Below are positions 8,573-17,410 of a DNA stretch of 64,000 nucleotides, in pieces. Made by a program: the position numbers and the translations under genes. This DNA is from Bacillota bacterium (GTDB lineage Bacteria; Bacillota_I; Bacilli_A; RFN20; CAG-288): the NCBI GenBank assembly GCA_023459795.1, contig JAEWSP010000018.1, positions 30,946-94,945 of the forward strand. The letters run 5' to 3'. The notes under the pieces are model-generated. The model saw nothing but the letters and a program-made list of their open reading frames with translations. It did not search any database and had not been told where the DNA came from. How positions within the stretch are numbered: the stretch's first letter is position 1; every line of letters starts with the position of its first letter.

Positions 8573-9059
8573 TTGACTCGGCTAGTAACGGAACGTTGTC
8601 TCAAACCGTTTCGTACCGCCGTACCTTCTTGGCGAAACACCTTGCGTCCCGGACTTCGAGAAACTAAGACTCACTCATTGACTCGTCTTGCCTCGAAGCG
8701 ACGTAGCTCGTTCCGTCTTTCCGGTTCCACTCATCCGGAACCTTTCCGTATCTAAACAGTGCACTGGCTACTCGAAGACTGACCGGCTCGTCTTGCCTCC
8801 CGGATTTGTATCTCTGACCTTCTTCCCGTATTGCAGAGAAGACCTAAACCAGAGTGGGGATAACGCCTTTAGTCCCAGGAGAGCCGAAACAGCTAGCCTT
8901 CCCTTACCTGCTCGGATGGGTACCCGACGAAATAACATAGTCTCGAAGCGACTATATCATGGCCAATGATATACATATTGAGAGTATCCGACAAAAGGAG
9001 GAGATTATTGCATCCCTTCTAGAAATTTATAGATATTTGACTTCTAATAGGTTAACGAA

Positions 9060-9326
9060 TTAGAAGCTGTACTCAGAAGCTAACTTCTTGAAGCCGGCAA
9101 CTGCCAGATCTTCATCTGCTCCGTCGCAAACAATCTTGAGGGATTCCCCCTGGCTGATCGTCGAGATGGCGAAGACATTCATGATAGACTTGAGATCGCA
9201 CTCGTCACCATTCTCAAGAACCATCTTGATGTTGCACTTATGATGATTTGCTTCCTCTACCAGCTCTGCACTAGAGCGAGAAGAGAGACCATTCATGGCA
9301 TTCACTTTGATTTCGAATGTTTTCAT
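9060..9326 (-). CDS. HPr-family protein lacking the active-site His (Crh-like paralog)
   Basis: 88 aa with the HPr fold pattern. The canonical G-[IL]-H-A-R-P is replaced by G-L-S-S-R-S, while the regulatory serine motif K-S-I-M is retained. Confidence 0.75.
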   Translation of the reverse strand: MKTFEIKVNAMNGLSSRSSAELVEEANHHKCNIKMVLENGDECDLKSIMNVFAISTISQGESLKIVCDGADEDLAVAGFKKLASEYSF

Positions 9327-9350
9327 AGGTTTATATCTTTCTGCACCTTT

Positions 9351-9379
9351 ATTATAGAGAATTTGGTAAGCGTTTACAA
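9351..9379 (-). promoter_or_regulatory. sigma-A-type promoter of the HPr-like gene
   Basis: On the minus strand: TTGTAA (9374-9379), a 17-nt spacer, and TATAAT (9351-9356). Confidence 0.6.
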
Positions 9380-9763
9380 GTGAGGCGGGAAATTTAAGGT
9401 TTTTCTGTGCGTCTTAGCGTAACTGAAGGGTGGCTAACTTCAGGAAGCGCCCATCCAGTCTTTTGGCTTAGAGAGCTCTTCTTAGCTATTATAAGCTATT
9501 AATTACTTTTTGCGGTCATTTCTTTTTCTTTTTTTGCGTATTCTGACATTTTCTTTTTCTTATCGGTTCGTTCCTCATCTTTCCCCTTTCATTCTTAGGT
9601 CGTTTCTGCATGCCTTTTATATCCCCTTTCTTCTTCTTTTTGGTTGCAAATCCAATCAAAAGCCGTCATTTTCGCTGCTTCTATTTTCGTAGCGGATTAA
9701 TGCCTGTCGAAACAAAGCCTAAAGAGTTATCATATAAAGGCAAACGAAGGAGCTATTCCCCCA

Positions 9764-10948
9764 ATGGATGAAACAGCGAATAAGCCGGAAGAGAAGAAAC
9801 AGATAGTAATGAACGCAATGCGTCCGACAGGAAAGCTCCATATCGGGCACTATGTCAGTGCATTAAGACTTACCCTGGAACTCCAGAATTCCGGAAAATA
9901 CGACGAAATCTATGAGATGATTGCCGATACCCAGGCCTTGACAGATAACTTCGGCGTTCCCCAGAAAGTCCGGGACAACGTAATCGAAGTCGCCCTCGAC
10001 TATCTTTCCGCCGGTCTTGATCCGAACAAGACCACCATCTTCATCCAGTCCCAGGTCCCGGAACTTACGGAACTTACCTGCTACTATCTCGATCTGGTCA
10101 CTCTTTCCCGTCTGGAGAGGAATCCGACCGTCAAGTCGGAACTTGCCCAGAAGGATTTCGGTGATACCATCCCGGCCGGATTCCTCTGCTACCCGGTCAG
10201 CCAGGCTGCAGATATCACGGCATTCGATACGGATCTGGTTCCGGTCGGAGAAGACCAGGCTCCGATGATCGAACAGGCGAATGAAATCGTCCATAAGTTC
10301 AATTCCCTTTACGGAAAAGGAAAAGAAATCCTTCATCCCTGCAAGATCCTTCTACCGGAGAACAAGGCTTCCTTACGCCTTCCCGGCACGGACGGAAAGG
10401 CTAAGATGAGCAAATCCATCGGGAACTGCATCTATCTTAGCGATGACAAAAGAACCGTTGACAAGAAGGTCTCCACCATGTTCACGGATCCTACCCATCT
10501 CAACATCACCGACCCCGGCCATACGGAGAACAACCCGGTCTTCATTTATCTCTCCGCTTTTGCTACCGATGAATCCTTTAAGAAATACTGGCCGGAATAT
10601 AAGAACCTGGACGAACTCAAGAAAGCCTATGAGAAGGGCGGACTCGGAGATGTACCGGTCAAGAAGTTCCTGGCCTCGGTACTTAACGAAGTCCTGGATC
10701 CGATCCGGGAGAAGAGAAAGTACTACGAAGCCCACATCGAGGATGTCTACAAGATCCTGGAAGTCGGTTCCAAGAAAGCAGAGGAGAAGGCTCTTGCTAC
10801 GGTCTACCGCGTCCGGAGAGCACTCGGCGTCAACTTCTTCCATGATCCGAAGCTGATCGAAAAGCAGTCGAAAGCCTATCGCAAGAAGCTTGCCGACGAT
10901 GCGGCAAGAGAAGAATACCTTGCCAAGCAGAAAGCCGGCCAGAAGTAG
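9764..10948 (+). CDS. trpS: tryptophan--tRNA ligase
   Basis: 394 aa. Class I signatures GKLHIGHY and KMSKS, plus YPVSQAADI. The C-terminal tail is basic. Confidence 0.8.
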   Translation: MDETANKPEEKKQIVMNAMRPTGKLHIGHYVSALRLTLELQNSGKYDEIYEMIADTQALTDNFGVPQKVRDNVIEVALDYLSAGLDPNKTTIFIQSQVPELTELTCYYLDLVTLSRLERNPTVKSELAQKDFGDTIPAGFLCYPVSQAADITAFDTDLVPVGEDQAPMIEQANEIVHKFNSLYGKGKEILHPCKILLPENKASLRLPGTDGKAKMSKSIGNCIYLSDDKRTVDKKVSTMFTDPTHLNITDPGHTENNPVFIYLSAFATDESFKKYWPEYKNLDELKKAYEKGGLGDVPVKKFLASVLNEVLDPIREKRKYYEAHIEDVYKILEVGSKKAEEKALATVYRVRRALGVNFFHDPKLIEKQSKAYRKKLADDAAREEYLAKQKAGQK

Positions 10949-10974
10949 AGAGAAGATCAGGGAAGAACAGCACC

Positions 10975-11006
10975 GGCCTTTTCCTATCCTGGGAAAAGGC
11001 CTTTTT
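10975..11006 (+). terminator. intrinsic terminator after trpS
   Basis: GGCCTTTTCC-tatcctg-GGAAAAGGCC followed by TTTTT. Confidence 0.8.
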
Positions 11007-11119
11007 CGTGTGTTCCGCTTTACTATCTTCCTCTCTTCCGTTATCCTTGAAGCAAAGCGGGCAAGGCTATTTTCTTCTTAATCCAGAAATAGGTTTTCTG
11101 CCGGAAGAAGGACCAAGCT

Positions 11120-12830
11120 ATGAACAAGAACAACGGGCGCCGTCTAATGGCCTTCCTCAACGACCATCTTGCCAAAGTAGGGAAAAAGTATCTCTCCGTC
11201 TTCGATGCCTTCGGAAAAGAGCCGGAGAGAATCAGCGAGAAGACGCTTCTTTCCATCGTGAAGAAGAACAGGAATACGGAATTCGGAAGGAAGCACCATC
11301 TCGACCAGATCCATTCCCTTTCCGACTACCGGAAGGAAGTCCCTGTTTCGGACTACGAAGACTATAGGGAAGCAATCCTTAGGATGCAGGACGGGGGAAA
11401 GGATGTCCTCTTCCAGGGAAAACCGGTCTACTATACGGATACTTCCGGATCGACGGGGAAGAGCAAACGGATTCCTATCTCTGCTACCCAGCAGAAGGCA
11501 ATGAAGAAGAAGAAAGGAAATCCTCAGATCATCCCCTATCTGGAGAAGAAGAACGGATGCTATGACAGGAACCACCGGAAGATCCTCGCCCTGATGGCGA
11601 ATGCCGACATCACCTATACGAAGGACCAAACCCCGATCGGGGATGTCGTCTCCCTGATGCTTTCCAAGGTCAGCGGATTGATGGGGCTCTTCTTTACCAC
11701 CCTTTGGCAAGCCTCACCTCGAACGAGATCCATGACCGCCTCTATGTCCACCTTCTCTTCGCGCTTCCGGAAACGGACATCTATCTCATCATGAGTGCCT
11801 ATCTCAGCGAAACCTGCGGAATGGTGAACTATCTCTTCCAGAACCAGGAACTCTGCTCCATGATCTTGCAGAAGGGAAAATATCGGACTGCGTAAAGCTT
11901 TCCCCCGCCCTAAAGAAGGAACTTGAAAAGAAGCTTGTCCCGCACCCGGAAAGGGCTGAGGAACTAAAAGAAATCCTGGCTTCCGGAAGAGACGGGATCC
12001 TGACCAGGATCTGGCCTAGCCTCACCGTCGTAAGCGGGGTCGGCAGTACAGAGAACAGGCTGCGCCCGTATACGCTTCTTGTAAAAAGGTATCTAGGAAG
12101 CAAAGGACATATTTATTATGCCGCCTATAATTCCTCGGAATCCTTGATGGGGCTGGCAACGGACTACGACACCTTCCTCTATGCACCGGTCCTGGATATG
12201 GCTTATCTGGAATTCCTTCCCCTCGATGAGAAGGAACAGCCGATCCCGGGGAAGATCCTTTCCGTATCCGAGCTTACGGACGGGGCAAAGTACGAGACTG
12301 TCCTGACCAGCCTCTCCGGTCTCTATCGTTATAGGATGGCAGACATCGTCAAGGTCAGCGGACGGAAAGGAAGGCTTCCTCTATTCGAAATCCTAGGACG
12401 GAACAAGGTCCTCCTCGATGTCATGGGAGAGAAATGCACCTTCCATCAGGCAGATGACGCGATTGCCCTCCTAGGAGAAAAGATCGGGGAGAAGGAACAT
12501 CCCATCTATGCCTACTGTGCCACGGAAGGGAATAAGGAAAACCGGTATACCTTCTTCCTGGAAATCAAGGATTCCTCTTCCCTGGATCCGAAGAAGACTT
12601 CTCTCCTTCTGAAGGATTCCCTAGCCCTTGCTTCCCCGGATATCCGGTATGCTTTCGAGGAGGAAGGGCTCCTTCCTCCCGAAGTCTTCTTCGTGAAGGA
12701 AGGGACTTTCCAAAAATACCTCCACAATGAGAACCGGGAAGGAGAAGAAACAAAGCACTCCATCAAGGAGATCAAAGTCCTGAGGACCGAAGAGCAGAAG
12801 AAGTTCTTCAGGGATCATATCGAAGGATAG
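11120..12830 (+). pseudogene. GH3-family (acyl-acid amido synthetase-like) gene interrupted by two -1 frameshifts
   Basis: The N-terminal part (11120-~11700) carries FGRKH...YRKEVPVSDYEDY...YTDTSGSTGKSKRIP. The GH3-like sequence continues in a second frame (~11700-11880) and a third frame (11880-12830). The three pieces together span about 570 codons. Confidence 0.7.
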
Positions 12831-12891
12831 GAAAAGAGGCGTCCCCTAGAGGATGCCTTTTTCTTGCCAATAAACAGTCTTCTCTTTTTTG

Positions 12892-13929
12892 TCAGTCTCT
12901 ATCCGGCAGTTTTCCCGGCGCTTTGGATATGCCTTCCAGATACGAGTCGAAGGACTCCTTCCTGAAAGCATCGATTGCAGCTTCCACTTCCGGGTCCAGA
13001 TCCTTTATCCGGCCTCTGCCGATTACAAGAGGATCGATATACCTCCTCTTGGAATAGACCTTGATCGTATGCTCCTTCTCCGTCTTTTGTTCTTTGACTT
13101 CGGTTAGGTTTGTGAACCATTCCCAGTTATTCTTTGTCTCTTGGTTACCTAGAATTTTCTTGATAACAACCTCTTCCGTAGAATAAAGGTCGTTTTCCGA
13201 AAGAACGGACAAGGAGAAAGCTCTCCTAATTCCTCTGGCCAGGGCCTCCATCCCGTACCTGTCTTCTGGAGTCACATATACTTTGGAGTTCTGTATGGTT
13301 GCAAGAGCAAACTTCCTGGCAAGCTCCTTAGAAGAAAAAGCAAGCTCTTCGACTCCGTCTTCGTTTACCGTAACGGAAAGATCCCGGTACATTGCTTCTA
13401 CTTCTTCTCTAGAGGCATGGGAATAGTTCAGGAAATTGGAGAGGGTGTATTCCAGCCTGTCGGCAGAAAGCCTGGGAGAATCGTTGTCTGCAATCGGATA
13501 GAGATGGTAGTTATCGACATCCTTGGTAGATAGTCCAAGCTTCATAAGCTCTTTCTGGATTACGGGATCTTCTTCGATGATGCAGGTTGTCCTCTCCTCC
13601 GTTGCTTCCTGGGTAAGGTAATCCCCTTTTACGAAGTCGACGACGTGGGCAAAGGCCGGGGTTGCTATATCATGGAACAGACCGGAAAGGCTCTCCTTCT
13701 GATTCTTCCGGAAGTGATAGACGATTAGAGCAACTCCTAGAGAGTGGACGAACCTGGAATAAGGTTCGAAATCCTTATAGAACGGGAAGGAGGTATATTC
13801 CATTCCGCAGTGCATCCCGACATGCTTTATCCGTTCCAGGGAAGGAGCAGGAAGGAAGCCTTCCAGAAAGGAAGGGATATCCTTGCTGTAAAGAGAAAAC
13901 AGGAACTGCTCTTTTTCTATGTGGGACAT
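12892..13929 (-). CDS. HD-domain phosphohydrolase family protein
   Basis: 345 aa with H...HD pattern (HSLGVALIV...LFHDIATPAFAH). Confidence 0.65.
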   Translation of the reverse strand: MSHIEKEQFLFSLYSKDIPSFLEGFLPAPSLERIKHVGMHCGMEYTSFPFYKDFEPYSRFVHSLGVALIVYHFRKNQKESLSGLFHDIATPAFAHVVDFVKGDYLTQEATEERTTCIIEEDPVIQKELMKLGLSTKDVDNYHLYPIADNDSPRLSADRLEYTLSNFLNYSHASREEVEAMYRDLSVTVNEDGVEELAFSSKELARKFALATIQNSKVYVTPEDRYGMEALARGIRRAFSLSVLSENDLYSTEEVVIKKILGNQETKNNWEWFTNLTEVKEQKTEKEHTIKVYSKRRYIDPLVIGRGRIKDLDPEVEAAIDAFRKESFDSYLEGISKAPGKLPDRD

Positions 13930-14017
13930 GTTTTTTCCTCTGTTAAAAGACCATTATAGCAAAGAAGAGCAACGGAAATGAGGTTGCCCTTGCCCCTCCC
14001 TTTTTGTATAATAGATT

Positions 14018-14100
14018 CACCATCGCGGTGTATACCGTCGAACTTGGTCAGGACCGGAAGGTAGCAGCCATAAGATCGGTGTCCACGTGCGGTGGCTTTT
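14018..14100 (+). ncRNA. ffs: small (4.5S-type) signal recognition particle RNA
   Basis: Conserved domain IV core GGTCAGGACCGGAAGGTAGCAGCC. The closing helix pairs CCATCGCG with CGTGCGGTGG. TATAAT lies at 14007-14012 and a T-run at 14097-14102. Confidence 0.8.
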
Positions 14101-14111
14101 TTATTAAAAGA

Positions 14112-14558
14112 ATGAATAAAGAAGACCTAGCTATAGCTTTATCGGAACTAGAGAAGGAGTCCTCTCTCCTGTTGCAGAAAGGAGAGGTTCCTGTTTCCGC
14201 AGTCCTTGTTCTTGAAGACGGGACAAGGATCGTTACCGGAAACAAAGTCGAAGAAAAGAACAACCCTTTTCTGCATGCCGAAATAGTTGCGCTCGAAGAA
14301 GGAATGAAGAAAACCGGGTCGAGGTATCTGAAGGGTGCCACCCTTCTTGTCTCTCTGGAACCCTGTCTTCTCTGCATGGGAGCAATCCTGAAAGCAGGGA
14401 TAGAGGATCTTTATTACTGCCAGGACGACAAGAAGAAAGGCGCTCTTTCCTACTACCATGTCTTTGTCGATGACGTACTCCGTGTCCACACCATAAAAGA
14501 CAGGGTCCTGGAAGACAACCTTAAAGCTGCTTTTGCATCGCTACGTAAGGACCAATAG
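14112..14558 (+). CDS. tadA: tRNA-specific adenosine deaminase
   Basis: CDA-fold zinc motifs HAE and PCLLC. The start is moved to Met37 of the listed ORF because the upstream part overlaps the SRP RNA. No clear SD sequence. Confidence 0.75.
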   Translation: MNKEDLAIALSELEKESSLLLQKGEVPVSAVLVLEDGTRIVTGNKVEEKNNPFLHAEIVALEEGMKKTGSRYLKGATLLVSLEPCLLCMGAILKAGIEDLYYCQDDKKKGALSYYHVFVDDVLRVHTIKDRVLEDNLKAAFASLRKDQ

Positions 14559-14575
14559 TCTTTTTCTATAAGTTT

Positions 14576-15262
14576 CTATTTCGTCTCGTCTTTCTTCTCT
14601 TCTTTTGTTTCTTTGATCTTTTTCAATGAATCTTCTGCTTTTCCTTCCGGGAAGATTGCCTTGAAGGCGAAGAAGAAGACAATAGTCGTGATTCCGGAGG
14701 TAGCAAAGGTCTGGCAGACCTGATAGAGAGTTCTGGACATGACTTCCGATGCCGGTTTCAGCCAGAGGGAGTTCAAGGCATTGGAAAGCAGCGTTACCAG
14801 GATATTGGCAAGCGTATAAAGCAGAACCTGGGGAAGAACCTTGCGGCGGGATTTATAGGTGATATTTCTTTGCAGAGGGAAATTGATTGCCTGGGTCGTG
14901 AAGTAGGTGATAAGCCAGCTGAAGAAATACCCTAAGCCTCCTCCGTAGATTACGTTTCCGGACTGATCCCTAAGGACATCATATCCGAGGATTGCCCAGA
15001 CAAAGCGTCCGTTTCCGTAGGGAAGCGTAATTCCGGGCCAAAGCCATTCCGTTCCGGCAAGCCGCATACCGAAAGCAAGCGGCAGGAAAGTATAGCCAAG
15101 ATACTGGAAAACAGTCAGGACCCATCCGATAAGGCCGAACTTGATGAACTGCCAGATTGTCTTGTTTAGATTCGGGTGGTGGAACGAGAAATGCTTCCAC
15201 CATTTTGGCGGAAGAAGCTTCTTTCGTTTTTCCGTCGGGTTGCTGTTCTCTTCCATAAGCAA
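14576..15262 (-). CDS. GtrA-like membrane protein
   Basis: 228 aa. Pattern FIKFGLIGWVLTV with about 4 TM segments. The C-terminal tail is Lys/Glu-rich. Confidence 0.5.
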   Translation of the reverse strand: MLMEENSNPTEKRKKLLPPKWWKHFSFHHPNLNKTIWQFIKFGLIGWVLTVFQYLGYTFLPLAFGMRLAGTEWLWPGITLPYGNGRFVWAILGYDVLRDQSGNVIYGGGLGYFFSWLITYFTTQAINFPLQRNITYKSRRKVLPQVLLYTLANILVTLLSNALNSLWLKPASEVMSRTLYQVCQTFATSGITTIVFFFAFKAIFPEGKAEDSLKKIKETKEEKKDETK

Positions 15263-15448
15263 GAAACATTATATAGTTTTTCCCTAGGTTTTGTAGGGAA
15301 AAGAAGATCCTTTGTGATAAACTTAATCCCGATATGAGAAAAATTTTTATTTCCTTCCTGTCATCGCATTCCTTTTCCGGCCTCTAGCGGGCTTTTTTGC
15401 TATAGACGGAAGATACGATCCATAAAACAGTAAAGGATAAACATTAAA

Positions 15449-16558
15449 ATGCCAGAAGATTATATGATGGCCCGTTTGAAGGCCATGAAGAAGAGACTAA
15501 CCGATATCGACGACCTCTTAAGCGGTGGTTCGATGGATGTTCCTACGATGACGAAGCTTAGCAAGGAACGTTCCGGCCTGGAAAAGCCGGTCGAGCTTTA
15601 TGACGAAGTAATGAAGATGGAGTCCGACAAAGCGGATGCCGAGGAGATGATGAAGGATCCGGATCCGGAGATCAAGGATCTGGGCAAATCCACTTTCGAT
15701 GAGATGGCCAAGAAGATCGATGCCATGGGAGAAGAGATCAAGCTCTCCCTGATTCCTAAGGATGCCAATGACGACAAGAACATCATCATGGAAATCCGCG
15801 GTGCAGCCGGAGGAGATGAAGCGAATATCTTCGCCGGAGATCTTTTCCGTATGTATTCCCATTATGCAGACAGGGAAGGCTGGAAGATCCAGCTTCTCGA
15901 CAGCGAGCCTACTCCGCTTGGCGGATTCTCCCTCGTTTCCTTCCGTATCAAGGGAAAGGGCGTCTACTCGAAGCTGAAGTTTGAAAGCGGCGCACACCGT
16001 GTCCAGCGTGTTCCGGTCACGGAAGCAAACGGCAGGATCCAGACATCGACGGCTACCGTCCTTGTCATGCCGGAAATCGAGCATGTCGACATCAAGATTA
16101 ACCCTGCCGATCTCCGTATCGATACCTACCATTCCTCGGGCGCCGGAGGACAGAACGTCAACAAGACGGAGTCTGCCGTCCGTATCACCCATATCCCGAC
16201 GAACATCGTTGTCTCCTGCCAGATCGAGCGGGATCAGCTTGCCAACAAGGAAACATGCATGCTGATGCTGAAGGCTAAACTCCAGGCTCAGCATGATGCC
16301 GAGATTGAAGAGAAGGTCGGAGGCGAAAGAAGACTGAAGATGGGAACCGGCGAGAGGAACGAAAGAATCCGCACCTACAACTATCCGCAGAACCGTGTAA
16401 CGGATCACCGGATCGGCTGGAGCACCCTGAATCTTCCCAAGTTCATGAACGGGGAACTGGATGACTGCATCTTTGCTTTAAACGAAGCCAACCAGAAGGA
16501 TCTTCTGGAAGAAGAGACGAAGAAGCTGAAGGCAGAGATGGAGCAGCAGGAAAAGTAG
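15449..16558 (+). CDS. prfA: peptide chain release factor 1
   Basis: GGQ motif (SGAGGQNVNKTESAVRITHIPT) and PxT-type tripeptide (PVT). Confidence 0.9.
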   Translation: MPEDYMMARLKAMKKRLTDIDDLLSGGSMDVPTMTKLSKERSGLEKPVELYDEVMKMESDKADAEEMMKDPDPEIKDLGKSTFDEMAKKIDAMGEEIKLSLIPKDANDDKNIIMEIRGAAGGDEANIFAGDLFRMYSHYADREGWKIQLLDSEPTPLGGFSLVSFRIKGKGVYSKLKFESGAHRVQRVPVTEANGRIQTSTATVLVMPEIEHVDIKINPADLRIDTYHSSGAGGQNVNKTESAVRITHIPTNIVVSCQIERDQLANKETCMLMLKAKLQAQHDAEIEEKVGGERRLKMGTGERNERIRTYNYPQNRVTDHRIGWSTLNLPKFMNGELDDCIFALNEANQKDLLEEETKKLKAEMEQQEK

Positions 16559-16602
16559 GAATCAGGCGGAATGGAAAACCATTCCGCCTTTTATCCAAAC
16601 AA

Positions 16603-17409
16603 ATGACAGCCGCCGAGGTCGCAGAACAATTATCGGAAGAGAACATTCCGCTTGCCGATATCCGGACTATCCTTTCCGGTGTCTTCTCTTTTCCTTTCGA
16701 CAGGCTCGGAATAGACGGGGACAAGGACATTGCCACCAAAGAGGAATACAAGCTTGTCCTTGCTAAGCTTAAGGGCGGCGTACCTCCCGTCTATCTTGCC
16801 GGATACGACATCATCCGGGGACTGAAGATCTACCTATCGGAAGATGTCCTTATCCCGAGGACGGAGACGATTTCTTTTCTATACGGAGATATCCAAGGGA
16901 ATTACGATTTTTCCAACAAGAAAGTCCTGGATCTATGCACAGGGAGCGGCATTATCGCCTTGTCGGTAAAAAAGCTTTTCCCTGCCAGTATTGTCACTGC
17001 AAGCGATATTTCTGATAAAGCATTAGCTCTTGCAAAGAAATCCGCAGAAGAGAACTCTCTTTTTATAGTTTTTAAGAAAAGCAACTTCTTAGAAGATATC
17101 CAGGATAGGTTTGATGTAATCCTCTCCAATCCTCCTTATATCGAAGAAAGAAGCAAGGATGTTATAGCCCCTTATGAGCCTCCTCTTGCTCTCTATAGCG
17201 GCAAGGACGGAATGGATAGCTACAGAGCTATCTTCTCCCTTCTGGACTCTAGGCTTCTTAAAAAAGGCATTGCTTTCTTCGAACTGGAAGCAAGCAATGC
17301 CGACAAGGTAAAAGACCTGTTCCTCTCCTTCTATCCGGAAGGATATGACTGTTCCTTTATCCTCGATATGGAGAACAAGAAAAGGTATCTTGTAGCCAAG
17401 AAGAGATAG
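16603..17409 (+). CDS. prmC: release factor glutamine N5-methyltransferase
   Basis: 268 aa. It has an NPPY motif and SAM-binding DLCTGSG, and lies directly downstream of prfA. Confidence 0.85.
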   Translation: MTAAEVAEQLSEENIPLADIRTILSGVFSFPFDRLGIDGDKDIATKEEYKLVLAKLKGGVPPVYLAGYDIIRGLKIYLSEDVLIPRTETISFLYGDIQGNYDFSNKKVLDLCTGSGIIALSVKKLFPASIVTASDISDKALALAKKSAEENSLFIVFKKSNFLEDIQDRFDVILSNPPYIEERSKDVIAPYEPPLALYSGKDGMDSYRAIFSLLDSRLLKKGIAFFELEASNADKVKDLFLSFYPEGYDCSFILDMENKKRYLVAKKR

Positions 17410-17410
17410 C

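Larger units (their letters stand above)
8249..9000 (-). ncRNA. candidate long non-coding transcript or long 3' UTR, unclassified
   Basis: About 750 nt with no ORF of 60 aa or more on the minus strand. It ends at its own terminator and contains multiple hairpins, exact internal repeats and an 18-nt tandem array. I recognise no RNase P, tmRNA, 6S or intron signatures. Confidence 0.4.

Noticed and set aside
8266-8969. Plus-strand ORFs of 60-93 aa in the ORF-poor region, including one with repeated SPYL tetrapeptides.
   Set aside because: They have no SD sequences and overlap in alternative frames. They run antisense to the direction implied by the 8249-8289 terminator. The SPYL periodicity is simply the 18-nt DNA repeat read on the other strand.
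9418-9455. Possible T-box riboswitch for trpS. GGGTGG is followed by a bulge-like UGGC, which would match a G73 discriminator, and then by CCC.
   Set aside because: The match to the T-box consensus (GGGTGGNACCGCG) stops after GGGTGG. No Stem I, specifier loop or AGTA elements are visible. There is no terminator helix with a U-run right after it. The element sits about 310 nt upstream of the trpS ATG, and only about 90 nt of non-genic sequence lies upstream of it.
14004-14111. Extended 184-aa version of tadA starting at 14004
   Set aside because: The extra 36 codons coincide with the SRP RNA gene and its promoter. The deaminase homology starts at the Met at 14112.
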